A stretch of 54,911 nt of DNA from Methylocystis sp. (GTDB taxonomy: Bacteria > Pseudomonadota > Alphaproteobacteria > Rhizobiales > Beijerinckiaceae), in the NCBI GenBank assembly GCA_049583305.1, contig JBAUVQ010000204.1:1-54911 (forward strand), read 5' to 3'. How positions within the stretch are numbered: the first letter of the stretch is position 1; each line of letters starts with the position of its first letter. Below are positions 10,164 through 20,972 of this stretch, piece by piece. A program made the position numbers and the translations under genes. The notes beneath the pieces are model-generated. The model had not been told where the DNA came from, did not search any database, and was given only the letters and a program-made list of their open reading frames with translations.

Positions 10164-12092
10164 TTACGCGATCTGGACTTTCGCCGCGCCCTGGCTTTCT
10201 CCGAGCGCTTCCAAAGCCTTGGCGACGATCGAGGCCGCGTCGAGATGCGCCTTGGCGATCATCCTGTCGTAGCTGTCCTGGTCGATATAGCAGTCGGGCA
10301 GCATCATGCTTCGGAAGCGGAACGCCCCGCGCGTCCCGTCGAGCAGCCCGTCGTCCGACAGGAACTGCGCGACCTGCGAGCCGAAGCCGCCGATCGAGCC
10401 CTCCTCGATCGTGATCAGAACCTCGTGCGAGGCGGCAAGGCGACGCACCAAATCGCGGTCGATCGGCTTGGCGAAACGCGCGTCGGCGACGGTGGTGGAG
10501 ACGCCATAAACATCGAGCTCCTCGGCGGCTTTCAGCGCCTCCGCGAGCCGCGTGCCGAGGCTGAGCAGCGCGACCTTCGAGCCTTCGCGCAACACGCGGC
10601 CCTTGCCGATCTCCAAGACTTCCCCATGCTCGGGAAGGTCCACGCCAACGCCTTCGCCACGCGGATAACGAAACGCGATGGGGCCGTCGTTATGATGAAC
10701 GGCGGTCGTCACCATATGGGTCAATTCCGCCTCGTCGGCCGCGGCCATGACGACCATGCCCGGCAAGCAACAGAGATAGGCGAGATCGAAGGCGCCGGCA
10801 TGGGTCGGTCCGTCGGCGCCGACAAGCCCGGCGCGGTCTATGGCGAAGCGAACCGGCAGACGCTGCACGGCCACGTCATGCACGACTTGATCGTAACCGC
10901 GCTGCAGGAAGGTCGAGTATAGCGCGCAGAACGGCTTATAGCCCTCGGCGGCGAGGCCCGCCGCGAAAGTCACGGCGTGCTGTTCGGCGATGGCGACGTC
11001 GAAGGTGCGCTCCGGGAAGGCCTTGCCGAAGATATCGAGGCCAGTGCCGCCGGGCATCGCCGCGGTAATGGCGACGATTTTCTCGTCGCGCTCGGCCTCG
11101 GCGACGAGGCTCTTGCCGAAAATGCTGGTGTAGGAAGGCGCGTTGGCCTTGGGCTTGATCTGCTTTCCGGTGGCGACATCGAACTTGTTGACGCCATGAT
11201 ACTTGTCGTCGGAGGCTTCCGCCGGAGCGTAACCCTTGCCCTTCTGGGTGATGACATGGACGAGCACGGGACCGTCGTCCTTGTCGCGCACGTTCATCAA
11301 CACAGGCAGCAGATGGTCGAGATTATGCCCATCGATCGGGCCGACGTAGTAGAAGCCGAGTTCCTCGAACATCGTGCCGCCGGTGATGAAGCTGCGCGAA
11401 AACTCCTCGGCCTTGCGCGCCTTGTCATAGAAGAAGCGCGGCAGATGGCTGGCGAGTTGCTTGGCGGCGTCGCGAATGGAGCGGTAAGCGCCGCCCGAAA
11501 CCAGCCGCGCGAGATAGGCGGACATGGCTCCCGTGGGCGGGGCGATCGACATGTCGTTGTCGTTCAAAATGACGATCAGCCGGGAATCGAGCGCTCCGGC
11601 GTTGTTCAACGCCTCGTACGCCATGCCGGCCGACATCGAACTGTCGCCGATCACCGCGACGACGTGATTGTCGCCGCCGGAAAGATCGCGGGCGATGGCC
11701 ATGCCGAGGCCGGCGGAAATCGAGGTGGAGGAATGGCCGGCGCCGAAGGCGTCGTATTCGCTCTCGTCGCGCTTGGTGAAGCCGGAGAGCCCTCCGCCCG
11801 AGCGCAGCGTGCGGATACGGTCGCGCCGGCCGGTCAAGATTTTGTGGGGATAGGTCTGGTGCCCCACGTCCCAGATGATCCGATCGCGCGGCGTGTCGAA
11901 CACGTAATGCAGGGCGACGGTCAATTCGATGACGCCAAGCCCGGCCCCAAGATGCCCGCCGGTGACAGAAACGGCGTCGATGGTTTCGCGCCGCAACTCC
12001 TCCGCCAACCTGTGCAACTGATTTGGCTGGAGTTTCCGCAATTCGTCCGGCGTCGCAACCCGGTCTAGAAGGGGGGTCTTCGATGTGGTCAA
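10164..12092 (-). CDS. dxs: 1-deoxy-D-xylulose-5-phosphate synthase
   Basis: [67 protein letters not shown]. Confidence 0.97.
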   Translation of the reverse strand: MTTSKTPLLDRVATPDELRKLQPNQLHRLAEELRRETIDAVSVTGGHLGAGLGVIELTVALHYVFDTPRDRIIWDVGHQTYPHKILTGRRDRIRTLRSGGGLSGFTKRDESEYDAFGAGHSSTSISAGLGMAIARDLSGGDNHVVAVIGDSSMSAGMAYEALNNAGALDSRLIVILNDNDMSIAPPTGAMSAYLARLVSGGAYRSIRDAAKQLASHLPRFFYDKARKAEEFSRSFITGGTMFEELGFYYVGPIDGHNLDHLLPVLMNVRDKDDGPVLVHVITQKGKGYAPAEASDDKYHGVNKFDVATGKQIKPKANAPSYTSIFGKSLVAEAERDEKIVAITAAMPGGTGLDIFGKAFPERTFDVAIAEQHAVTFAAGLAAEGYKPFCALYSTFLQRGYDQVVHDVAVQRLPVRFAIDRAGLVGADGPTHAGAFDLAYLCCLPGMVVMAAADEAELTHMVTTAVHHNDGPIAFRYPRGEGVGVDLPEHGEVLEIGKGRVLREGSKVALLSLGTRLAEALKAAEELDVYGVSTTVADARFAKPIDRDLVRRLAASHEVLITIEEGSIGGFGSQVAQFLSDDGLLDGTRGAFRFRSMMLPDCYIDQDSYDRMIAKAHLDAASIVAKALEALGESQGAAKVQIA

Positions 12093-12275
12093 AGCAGCTT
12101 CTCTAGTCTGGACAGGTTATCGGGGCCGGCCCTCGAACGTTCACCGGCGAAAGACGGGCTTTAGGTCGAACCATTTTTTAGCCATACACCGGTTAGGGCG
12201 GCGGGAGCAAATCCTCCCCCACCGGGCGAAAGACGGGCTCGACGCGCCGGCTTGCTCCGAAACGAAAGTCGGCTT

Positions 12276-12327
12276 AAAAGCGCCCTGCGCCAACGGGGGA
12301 CGTCTCGTATGGGCGCTTTTTTCGTTT
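12276..12327 (+). terminator. Terminator-like hairpin within the leader upstream of DUF2232-rplI
   Basis: aaaagcgccc(tgcg)...(cgta)tgggcgctttttt stem with a T-run. Confidence 0.6.
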
Positions 12328-12383
12328 GCGACGGCCTCGGCCGCGCGATCCCTCGAGCCAAGAAGACCGGAAAACACCCCGCC

Positions 12384-13367
12384 GTGCCCGACAAAAGCGT
12401 TTATTCATGGGCCAATATAGGCATTTCGATCGGCGGCGGGCTGGCGGGCGCGGCCGTCTTCGCGGTGCTGAGCAAAAGCACCTTGGCCGGGTTCTTCCTC
12501 GCTCATCTCGCCCCGCTGCCGCTCATGATCGTCGCGCTTGGCCTTGGCGTCGGTCATGGCGCGACGGCGGCGATCATCGGAACATTGCTGCTCAGCGTCT
12601 GGCCTAACCCGTTGTTTGGCATGTCCTACGGATTGCTCGTCGCGGCGCCGGCCTGGCTTTCCTGCTACGCGGTGGCGGGCGCGCCCTGGGGTCGCCGCGA
12701 TCTGCTGACCGGTCATCTCTCGTCCTGGGCCGTGCTGGCGTTGTGCGTCACGCTCGCGGGCGGCATCGTGTTTTTCCTCGGCGTCACGGCCTTTTCGCAT
12801 GGGACGATCGAGGAGCCTCTGTCCTATGTGCAGGGGCAGTTCTACTTCAAGCTCGACGCGATGTTGAAGGAACATCAACTCGCCGAGGAAGTGACCGCGC
12901 AAGATTTGGAGCGTTTCACGCGGTTGATCCTGCCAGCGACTTTCGCGGGCTACGGAGTGTTGGCGCACACGCTCAACCTCTGGATCGCCGGCCGACTGAC
13001 GCAAATTTCCCACATGCTGAAGCTGCCTTGGCCCGACATAGCCGTGGATTTCATGCTTCCGCGCGCGGTCGCGATCATTTTCATGATCGCGGGGGGGCTC
13101 GCGGCGCTCGATGGATTTCCCGGCGCGGCGGCGCTCGTGATCGCCGTTCCCCTGGGATTCGCCCTGGCCTTCCAAGGGTTGGCGGTGATGCACTTTTGGC
13201 TGCGCGGATCGAAATCCAGCGTTCTCGTGCTGTCGATCATCTACTTTTTCCTCGGGGCGCTTGGCGCGCCGATGGTGTTGTTCACTCTGCTCGGGATGCT
13301 CGACGCCCTGCTACGGTTTCGCGACCGAAAGGCGGCCGCCGACGTCCACCAAACCACACCCCAATAA
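12384..13367 (+). CDS. DUF2232/YybS family membrane protein
   Basis: Multi-[33 protein letters not shown]; sits before rplI as in other Rhizobiales; start uncertain. Confidence 0.85.
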   Translation: MPDKSVYSWANIGISIGGGLAGAAVFAVLSKSTLAGFFLAHLAPLPLMIVALGLGVGHGATAAIIGTLLLSVWPNPLFGMSYGLLVAAPAWLSCYAVAGAPWGRRDLLTGHLSSWAVLALCVTLAGGIVFFLGVTAFSHGTIEEPLSYVQGQFYFKLDAMLKEHQLAEEVTAQDLERFTRLILPATFAGYGVLAHTLNLWIAGRLTQISHMLKLPWPDIAVDFMLPRAVAIIFMIAGGLAALDGFPGAAALVIAVPLGFALAFQGLAVMHFWLRGSKSSVLVLSIIYFFLGALGAPMVLFTLLGMLDALLRFRDRKAAADVHQTTPQ

Positions 13368-13402
13368 CCCGTCCACGACATCAAGACATCAGGAGATCAA
13401 CC

Positions 13403-13969
13403 ATGGAAATCATTCTGCTAGAACGCGTGGCCAAGCTCGGCCAAATGGGCGAAACCGTGCGCGTGCGCGACGGCTATGCGCGCAATTTCCTGCTCGCCCG
13501 CAAGAAGGCGCTGCGCGCCACGGAAGCCAATAAAAAGCACTTCGAGACGCAGCGCGCGCAGATCGAGGCGAATAACCTGACCTTGAAGAAGGAGGCCGAG
13601 TCGGTCGCCGAGACGCTCAATGGTCAGAGCTTCGTCGTAATCCGGCAGGCCGGCGAAAGCGGTCATCTCTACGGCTCGGTCGCGCCGCGCGACATCGCCG
13701 AGGCGGCGACCGCCGGCGGTTTCACGTTGAACCGCGACCAGATCGTGTTGAATCATCCGATCAAGGCGCTGGGCCTGCACACCGTGCCGGTGCATCTGCA
13801 TCCGGAAGTGGACGTGAAGATCACGATCAACGTGGCGCGTTCCGCCGAGGAGGCCGAGCGTCAGGCGCGCGGCGAATCAACGATCGCTTCGCGCGAAGAG
13901 ACGTCAATGGACGACCTCGGCCTCGAGGTCGGCGCCGCCCTGGCGGAAGCCGGCGACGTCGAGATGTAG
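13403..13969 (+). CDS. rplI: 50S ribosomal protein L9
   Basis: [43 protein letters not shown]. Confidence 0.98.
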   Translation: MEIILLERVAKLGQMGETVRVRDGYARNFLLARKKALRATEANKKHFETQRAQIEANNLTLKKEAESVAETLNGQSFVVIRQAGESGHLYGSVAPRDIAEAATAGGFTLNRDQIVLNHPIKALGLHTVPVHLHPEVDVKITINVARSAEEAERQARGESTIASREETSMDDLGLEVGAALAEAGDVEM

Positions 13970-13990
13970 TATCGGCCTCCCCGCTTAAGC

Positions 13991-14028
13991 GCGTTCCGCC
14001 CGCGTGGAAAATCACGCGGACGGAACGC
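13991..14028. terminator. Hairpin between convergent rplI and tamB
   Basis: gcgttccg-c-ccgcgtg gaaaat cacgcgg-a-cggaacgc. Confidence 0.6.
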
Positions 14029-14044
14029 TTCAGGCGCCAGGCCC

Positions 14045-17000
14045 TTAATACTCCCACTCGACGCCAACGCCGACCGAGGTCTGTCCGTCGGCGCGCGTCT
14101 CGCTCTGGACGCGCAGCTTCTTGGTCACGTCCAGCCCGACGTTGACAGCCGCGTCGGAGGGCTTGGCGCCCGCGCGCACGCCGACGTTGATATTGTCGGT
14201 GAGATAGGTCGACGCGCCGACGGTTGGCCCGCCCGCGCCTCCAGCGTCGAGATCGAGCGAATCGACTCCCAGGGCCTTCCGCATTTTCTCGAATCCGCCG
14301 CCGCCCGTATCGGCGCCCGAGAGTTGCGCGACGGCGGTCGCGAGCTGGAGCGCCTGCAACGGCGACAGCGAACCCGACGCCTTGGCGAACAGCAGCCGCG
14401 ACAGAACTTCGTCCTGCGGCAATTCCGGGTTCGAGGTGAAGGCGAAGCTCGGTTGCGCGGCCGGACCGCTGACGGTGATCTGCGCGGTCACGTCGCCGGC
14501 GGTCGACTCGGCGTAAAAATCCAGCTCCGGCATGAATCCGCCCGCGAAGGTCAGCTTGCCGCGGGTGATGTCGATGCGTTGCGTGAGCAATTGCAGCCGA
14601 CCGCGGCGCAAATCGAAACCGCCCACGATCTTCGGCTTTTGCGCGGAGCCGAAGATTTTCAGCTCGCCGCCGAACTCCGCGTCGATGCCGCGTCCGCGCA
14701 CGAAAATGCGATTCGGCGCGGAGATTTTCAGATCGAGCGCCGCGTCGAAGGTGGAGGGCTTGCCGGCGGCGGCCTTTTGCTTGGCTTGCAAGGCCAGCAT
14801 CTCCCGCGCGAAGCTTTTCGGGTCGATATGCTTGGCGTCGGGCAGAGGCTTCAGCGACGCCGGCAGCCGATCCGGCACGTTCACTTCCAGCGTGTTGAAG
14901 ATCACCGCGCCCGAAACTTTCGGCGCGCGGGCCAGAGGTCCGGCGATCGTGAGGTCGAGATCGGCGGTGGAGGAGACAAGATCGCTGTTCACCAGTTGCG
15001 CGTTGCGCGAGCCGATGTGAATCGATCCGGGCATCCCCGCCTCGGGCAACAGCGAGACGTGGCCGGTCGCGGCGATTTGGCCGCCATTCGCCGTGGTCGC
15101 GGTCATGGACGCGAGGTTCATCTCGCGGCCATGCGCTTCCAGCCGGGCCGCGATATTCTTGAAGGCGAGGCCGTTGGCTGGATCGGCGAACGCGCCGTCG
15201 GCGAAAGTCACGGCTCCCCCGACGATCGGCGAGCCCGCGGCGCCGCTGATTCTAAGGTCTACATTGGCCTTGCCCTTGAGGGTCTGGCCGCCGGCGGAAA
15301 GCACGGTGTTCGCCAGCGCGGCGTCGACTCCGCCCTTGACCGCAACATCCAGTCCGCCGGTCGAGCCGAGTGGCGCGGAGCCGGCGATCTTTAGGTGGTT
15401 CGAGGTTCCGAGCGCGATATCGGCGTCGACGCTGGTGCGATTGCCCGAAAGTCGCCCATGCGCGGACGCGTCGACGGCGGGCAGCCCATTGTCGCGCAAT
15501 TGCGGGGCGGTGACCTTGGCGAGCGTGACCTTCCAATCGCCGCTTGGCGCGGCCTTGGTTCCGGCGATGTGGGCGTCGAAGTCCAAAGAGCCGCCCAAGC
15601 CAAGCGTGGAGTCGGCGATGGCCGCGATCGACAGCGGAACGGCGTGCGCTCGCGCGGTGAGGTTCAGGCGGTCGCCGACGCTCCCGTCGACGTCGAGCCG
15701 TCCCCCGCCCGCGTTGATGGCGAAACCCTTGATGTCGACCTGGCCGCCGGCAAGCGTGATCGTCGCCGGTCCCGCCAGCGCGAGGCGCTGGCCGCCGCGC
15801 TGGACAGAGAGCGCGGAAAGATCGATCCGCGTGCGATCCCCTGGCGTGAGCGTGGCGGCGCTCGCGACGGCGAATCCGCGCGCGTTGACCGCGAGGTCGA
15901 GCGCCGTGCCCGCCCCGGCGGGACGCGCTTTCAGGCTGGCGGCGGAGACCAACTCCTTGCCGATGCGCAAATTGTCGAGCGACGCCGTCCCGTCGAGCGC
16001 CGGCCGGCGTAGAAGATCGCGGCCGGAAAGTTTCGCGTTGAGCTTTTCAATGCTGGCGTTTTTCGCGCGAATGCCGGCACCCTTGGCGTCGATCGTCGCA
16101 TTCTGTCCGCCGGCGGCGCCGTCGAACGCGATGTCGGCGTTGAGCGCGCCGCCCAGCTTTTGCAGGGCCAGCGCGGAAAAATCGTCGAGGTCGGGCGCGG
16201 CCAACGTGAGCCGCCCGGTCGCGACCCCGTCGTAGCTCGCGGAACCCTTTAGCGTCGCGCGACCGACGCCAACGTCAACCGTGTCGACTTTCCAGCCCGT
16301 TCCCGCTCGGGCGGCGTTGACGCGTCCGCGCAAGGGGCGTCCGTCCACCGTTCCATCGAGCGAGGCGGCGGCGACGAGCGCGCCCAAAAGATCTTGCGCC
16401 CGCGCATGAAGGCTCAGCTTGGGTATCGGACGTCCATTGGCTCCGCCGTCGAGCATCACCACATCGACAACCGCGTCAGGCTTTCGCAGCGAGCCGGAAA
16501 TCTTGGCGTCGACATTGGCGCGGCCGGTCAGGCGCGGATCGGCGCGGTGGAGATCGGGCAGCGCGATTTGCGCGCCAATGTCCGCTGTGTCTTGCGTCGC
16601 GGCGCCGTCAACGCGCGCCTGCACGAAATCGCCGTTGAAGGTCAGCGCGTCGAAGCTCAAGCCGCCGCCCGGCAGCGTCTCGACCGCGCCGGAAAGCGCC
16701 AGCTTGCGGCCCAGCAGCCCGTCGATGGCGGCGAACCCCGCGCTCGGCGCGTTGACGCCGCCGCTCACCACGGCCTTGATGTTTCCCTTCGCCGGCGCGC
16801 CCGAAAGCGCGGCCGTCAGCGCCAGCGCGCCGCGAAGATCGCGCTTGGCGAGATGCGCGAAGCGCGACAGATCGGAAGCCGTCACCCGCGCCTGGCCGTC
16901 CAGAACGGTCGGCCCCGCCTTGCCGGAATAATTGACGGCGGCGGTCGTCGTCTCGAGCTTGGCGACGCCAATGTCGGCGTCGCCGGCGCCGGTCGCTCGC

Positions 17001-18367
17001 GCCCGCAGATTTAGCGTCACGCGATCGCCGAGCGCGTCGGCGAGCCCCCTGTCGGCCAACGCGAGTTCGTCGCCAAGAGCGTCGGCGGAGATGTCGATGT
17101 GCGCGGAATCATTCGTCAACGGGCCGTCCGCGACCGCTTTGACCAGCGCGTCGAAATGACCAACGCGCCCCGCGGAGGACAGCGCTTCCTCCACCAGCAA
17201 GCGCAGATTCGCGTCGGGCCGCGCGACGCTCCCGGTCACCGCGAATTCGCCCTCCAGCGTTTTGGCGCGAAAAGGCGCCGTCTCCGGCGCGGGCAGCCCA
17301 TGCAGCGCCGCATGGGCTTCGATTTTTTGATCCGCGCCGAGGCGGCCCGAGGCGTCCAAGCGCAACGCCGAATTTTCGAGCGCGAGATTGTCGAGCGTCG
17401 TGGAGCCGTCATCGGCGAGAACGGCGGCGCCATGCAGTTTGTTGTCGCCCGAGAACAGGTCGGCGAGCGCCCTTGGCAGTAGCGGCGCGAACTCGCTCGT
17501 GAGATCGAACTCCAGTCGGCGACCCGCCGCGACGCGCGTCATCGTCGCTCCGCCGTTAGCGCCAAGCCCATCGCCCGCGTGGGCGACCAGCTTGGCGACG
17601 AAATTGTCGAGCGGCCCCTCGCCGTCGAGAGCTACGTCTACCGGGGGCAGGCCGGGAAGCTGGGCCAGTCGCGCGACCACGCCGCCCGCGGGTTCCCGCG
17701 CCGAAAGCGTAAGCGAAACGCGGTTCGGACTTGGAGAAATCGCGGCCTCGAGGTCGATGGAGCCAGGCGCGTCGGTGCGTTGCGCCGAGAATGTCGCCTT
17801 GGCTCCGTTTCTGGAGGCGCCCGCCTCGGCGGAACCGGTCAAGCTCAGCGTCGCGGGTTCGCCGAGCACGGGCGCGGCCAGCGCCAAGGTGTCGAGTTGG
17901 AACGCGCCCAGGCGGAATCTGACGGGAAGATCGGGGGCCACGTCGCCGCCGGCTTTTTTGGCGGAGGCGGGCGCGGGCTTGGCCTCCGCCTTGGCGGGCT
18001 CTTCCGGAGCGGGTATCGGACGGCGCAGCACGTCCACGCGGCCGACGGCCACGCGGTCGATGTCGATGCGCAACGACGCCAGCGGAAGGCGCGACCAGTC
18101 CATTTCGACGCGATCGATCTTCAGCCAGACGCCATCCTTGTCTGCTAGCGTGATGTCGCGCAACATCGGATGCGCGGACAGGGGCTCCTCGATCGCGCCA
18201 ATGTCGAGCTTCATATTTTCGGAGGACGCCGCGCGCGAGACGTAATCGGCCAGCATGCTTTTGCCGGCGCGCGTTTTCGCGCCAAGGCCCATCGACGCCA
18301 GCGCGGCGACGAGCAAGATCAGGACGAGGCCGACTCCGACATATCGCAAAACGCGCCAGCGCATCAA
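14045..18367 (-). CDS. tamB: Translocation/assembly module TamB
   Basis: 1440 aa with N-terminal anchor, beta-taco-like Gly/Ala-rich body, C-terminal IFVRGRGIDAEFGG, LPQDEVLSRLLF, ending GVEWEY; overlaps the tamA stop. Confidence 0.93.
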   Translation of the reverse strand: MMRWRVLRYVGVGLVLILLVAALASMGLGAKTRAGKSMLADYVSRAASSENMKLDIGAIEEPLSAHPMLRDITLADKDGVWLKIDRVEMDWSRLPLASLRIDIDRVAVGRVDVLRRPIPAPEEPAKAEAKPAPASAKKAGGDVAPDLPVRFRLGAFQLDTLALAAPVLGEPATLSLTGSAEAGASRNGAKATFSAQRTDAPGSIDLEAAISPSPNRVSLTLSAREPAGGVVARLAQLPGLPPVDVALDGEGPLDNFVAKLVAHAGDGLGANGGATMTRVAAGRRLEFDLTSEFAPLLPRALADLFSGDNKLHGAAVLADDGSTTLDNLALENSALRLDASGRLGADQKIEAHAALHGLPAPETAPFRAKTLEGEFAVTGSVARPDANLRLLVEEALSSAGRVGHFDALVKAVADGPLTNDSAHIDISADALGDELALADRGLADALGDRVTLNLRARATGAGDADIGVAKLETTTAAVNYSGKAGPTVLDGQARVTASDLSRFAHLAKRDLRGALALTAALSGAPAKGNIKAVVSGGVNAPSAGFAAIDGLLGRKLALSGAVETLPGGGLSFDALTFNGDFVQARVDGAATQDTADIGAQIALPDLHRADPRLTGRANVDAKISGSLRKPDAVVDVVMLDGGANGRPIPKLSLHARAQDLLGALVAAASLDGTVDGRPLRGRVNAARAGTGWKVDTVDVGVGRATLKGSASYDGVATGRLTLAAPDLDDFSALALQKLGGALNADIAFDGAAGGQNATIDAKGAGIRAKNASIEKLNAKLSGRDLLRRPALDGTASLDNLRIGKELVSAASLKARPAGAGTALDLAVNARGFAVASAATLTPGDRTRIDLSALSVQRGGQRLALAGPATITLAGGQVDIKGFAINAGGGRLDVDGSVGDRLNLTARAHAVPLSIAAIADSTLGLGGSLDFDAHIAGTKAAPSGDWKVTLAKVTAPQLRDNGLPAVDASAHGRLSGNRTSVDADIALGTSNHLKIAGSAPLGSTGGLDVAVKGGVDAALANTVLSAGGQTLKGKANVDLRISGAAGSPIVGGAVTFADGAFADPANGLAFKNIAARLEAHGREMNLASMTATTANGGQIAATGHVSLLPEAGMPGSIHIGSRNAQLVNSDLVSSTADLDLTIAGPLARAPKVSGAVIFNTLEVNVPDRLPASLKPLPDAKHIDPKSFAREMLALQAKQKAAAGKPSTFDAALDLKISAPNRIFVRGRGIDAEFGGELKIFGSAQKPKIVGGFDLRRGRLQLLTQRIDITRGKLTFAGGFMPELDFYAESTAGDVTAQITVSGPAAQPSFAFTSNPELPQDEVLSRLLFAKASGSLSPLQALQLATAVAQLSGADTGGGGFEKMRKALGVDSLDLDAGGAGGPTVGASTYLTDNINVGVRAGAKPSDAAVNVGLDVTKKLRVQSETRADGQTSVGVGVEWEY

Positions 18368-20343
18368 AACGCCTCCCCGATGCCGATGAATAAAGCGAAG
18401 GCGGTTTCTCCCGGCCGGCGTCCGAGCGGGGTCGCCAAGTCCACTCTGATGGGGCCAATACCCGTGTAGTATCTCAATCCCAACCCGACCGACTCTCGCA
18501 TGGAGCTTTGGAAATCGGGATAGGGCGAGGCGAAGGCCATGCCGGTGTCGAAAAAAGGAACGATCCCGATTTCCTTCGTCACCTTTATTCGCGCCTCGGC
18601 GGAGCCTTCGAGGAGGCTGCGGCCGCCGACCGGGAAACCAAGGCCATAGTCGGGAGCGAGCGAACGATATTCATAGCCGCGCACTGAACCGCCGCCGCCG
18701 GCGAAGAAGCGGTGGCTCGCCGGAATATCCTCGATGCTGGCGCCGACGATCGAGCCGGCGGCGACGCGGCCCGCGAGCGTGTACCAGGCGTCGTCATCGA
18801 GCGCGTAATAGCCGGTCACCTGTCCCTTGGACTGCACCATGCCGACGCTATTGCCGAAGGCCTTCAAATAGGGTTCGACGGTGGCGGTGGCGCGAACGCC
18901 TTTCGTTGGGGCGAGGAGACTATCCGTGCTGTCGTAATTCGCGGACAACGGGAAGCCGAGCAGCGAATAATTGTGCGGGCCGAACACGTCGAATGTGTCG
19001 CCCGCCTCGACCTCCACGCCCGTCTGGATCGACGTTGTGTCGCTGAAACGATGTCTCACGCCGACGCTGGCGTTGCCATAATCGGCCCAATAGTACGGGG
19101 TGCGCTCCCGCACCAGCGCGGCGTCGACGAGAAGGTCGTTGCGCGTGCCCCACAAGGCGGGCTTGACGAAGCTCATCTTCGCGCTGCCAATGAGATTATC
19201 GACCGCGATGGGGGGAAGGCTGAAAAAGCCGCCGGAAGCGGCGGTGGGGGCGAGGCCGCCCTGAAGGTCGAAGCGCAATCGCTCGCCCTCGCCGAAAACA
19301 TTGCGATCCATCCAATAGGCGCGCAGCCCGGGGCCATCCGTATTGGAGATTTGTCCGGAAAAGCCGACGGCGTGCTCCTTGCGCGCGCTCGTTTCGACAA
19401 GGATCGGCAAATCGCCATTTTTGTCGATGGCCTCGCCGTCTTCCACTTTCGCCGAGCCCACCGCCTCGATGCGGGAGATTGATTTGCGCGTGTCCGCCAG
19501 CTTCTTAGGGCTATAGTCCTCGCCTTCCTCCAGATAGATGAAGGAGCGAATCACCTCGTCGGGCACGCCGGGCGAACCACTCAGGCGCACCTCGCCGATT
19601 CCCGAGCGCGGACCCGGATCTATCGTCACCGCGACATCGAGCACCCCCTCCCTGTGCAGCACGACCGGTTCGGTCTTGACAACCTTGGCCAGTGGATAGG
19701 ACTTCCGACGCAGTTCGTCGACCCATTCGGCCTGCATCGCCCGCAAGGCGGAGGCGCGAGCCGGTTCGTCCGCGGCATGTTGGAAAGCCCTTTTCGAAAA
19801 CAGCGCCGGGTCGATCGGCGTCATGGTGCGCGCGTCGTAAACGACGACATGACGCAAATGAAACAGCGGACCCAGGTCAATCCTGATGACGACGGGCACT
19901 GGTTCCTTGTTACGCAACCGTTCCGCGGCGCTCGACGCGGCGTCGATGCCGCGCGCATCGGGGTAAATGGCGACGCCGGCGACTTTCACTTCGACTTGCG
20001 CGTCGAAATAGCCGCTGGCCCAGAGCGCCTCCGCGAGATTTGGAAAATCGCCGACCACCCGCCGCGCGAGCCCGGCTCCCGAACTCGGCGACTGCCTCCT
20101 AAGCCGCCAGACATTGGAGGCGTCCTTAAGATTTTGAGCGAGCGCCTTGTCGTCGTCGACGCCGGCGAATTCAACCTTATAGGGCAGCGTCTCTGGACTT
20201 GGCGGCGGAGGCTCCTCGCCGGAGCCGAACAGGCCGAAAAAATCGAAAGCTTCCGCCGGCGCTATGGCCTGCGGCGCGAAAAGGGCCGCTACCGAGGCCA
20301 TGAAGAGAACGGATGCGCGTTTCAAGATACGAATTACCCACAC
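18364..20343 (-). CDS. tamA: Autotransporter assembly factor TamA (Omp85 family)
   Basis: Signal peptide, POTRA-like region, RFFAGGGGSVRGY, GLGLRYYTGIGPIRVDLA, terminal GEAF. Confidence 0.94.
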   Translation of the reverse strand: MWVIRILKRASVLFMASVAALFAPQAIAPAEAFDFFGLFGSGEEPPPPSPETLPYKVEFAGVDDDKALAQNLKDASNVWRLRRQSPSSGAGLARRVVGDFPNLAEALWASGYFDAQVEVKVAGVAIYPDARGIDAASSAAERLRNKEPVPVVIRIDLGPLFHLRHVVVYDARTMTPIDPALFSKRAFQHAADEPARASALRAMQAEWVDELRRKSYPLAKVVKTEPVVLHREGVLDVAVTIDPGPRSGIGEVRLSGSPGVPDEVIRSFIYLEEGEDYSPKKLADTRKSISRIEAVGSAKVEDGEAIDKNGDLPILVETSARKEHAVGFSGQISNTDGPGLRAYWMDRNVFGEGERLRFDLQGGLAPTAASGGFFSLPPIAVDNLIGSAKMSFVKPALWGTRNDLLVDAALVRERTPYYWADYGNASVGVRHRFSDTTSIQTGVEVEAGDTFDVFGPHNYSLLGFPLSANYDSTDSLLAPTKGVRATATVEPYLKAFGNSVGMVQSKGQVTGYYALDDDAWYTLAGRVAAGSIVGASIEDIPASHRFFAGGGGSVRGYEYRSLAPDYGLGFPVGGRSLLEGSAEARIKVTKEIGIVPFFDTGMAFASPYPDFQSSMRESVGLGLRYYTGIGPIRVDLATPLGRRPGETAFALFIGIGEAF

Positions 20344-20520
20344 GAGACAGCGGAAACCATACCGTGAGGAGTTCGTGGGGTCTATATATTAAGCTTAACA
20401 TCAAAAAACACAGTAAACAGTTCCTTCCTCTGCTTCCCAACCATGTGGGATAGCACGATAATGCGCGTTTCAACAAATCAGCGTAAACGGGATTGCGGGC
20501 GATCGACGCGGCGCGACGAA

Positions 20521-20555
20521 AGAAAAGGCCCCGTCGCTCGAGGCGATCGGGGCCT
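20521..20555 (-). terminator. Rho-independent terminator
   Basis: aggccccg-tcgc...gcga-t-cggggcct stem, followed by TTTTCT on the minus strand. Confidence 0.7.
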
Positions 20556-20972
20556 ACTTGCTCCGTGTCAGACGAAGCTATCTGGGGGATTTCCAGTTCA
20601 GGATCGAGCTACTCCGCTTGGCCTTCGCGGAAATCGCCCGATTGAGGCTTTAAAGGCTAGAAAACGGTTATCGAAGAGATCAGCGCTAGATTCTTCGAAC
20701 CGTAGCGACCTGACGCACTCAGCGCAGGTCACATCCGACCCGGTGGCGTCATGCTCCTCTCGCAAGTCAATTGCGATCACTTCGACGCCGAGTTGGCGCC
20801 GATAGCTGTTCCGCGTCCAAATCGAGGTCCCGCCCGACTGGCTTTTCGTCGAATCAGCGTTTGGCTGCACATCGACGACTGCGATCGGGGTAAGACTGAA
20901 CCCGCTTCGAGTTTTGGTCAAGCTGAATTTTTTTTCTCGGATTAGGGCTTCATTAAGAGCTCGAATCTTCGC

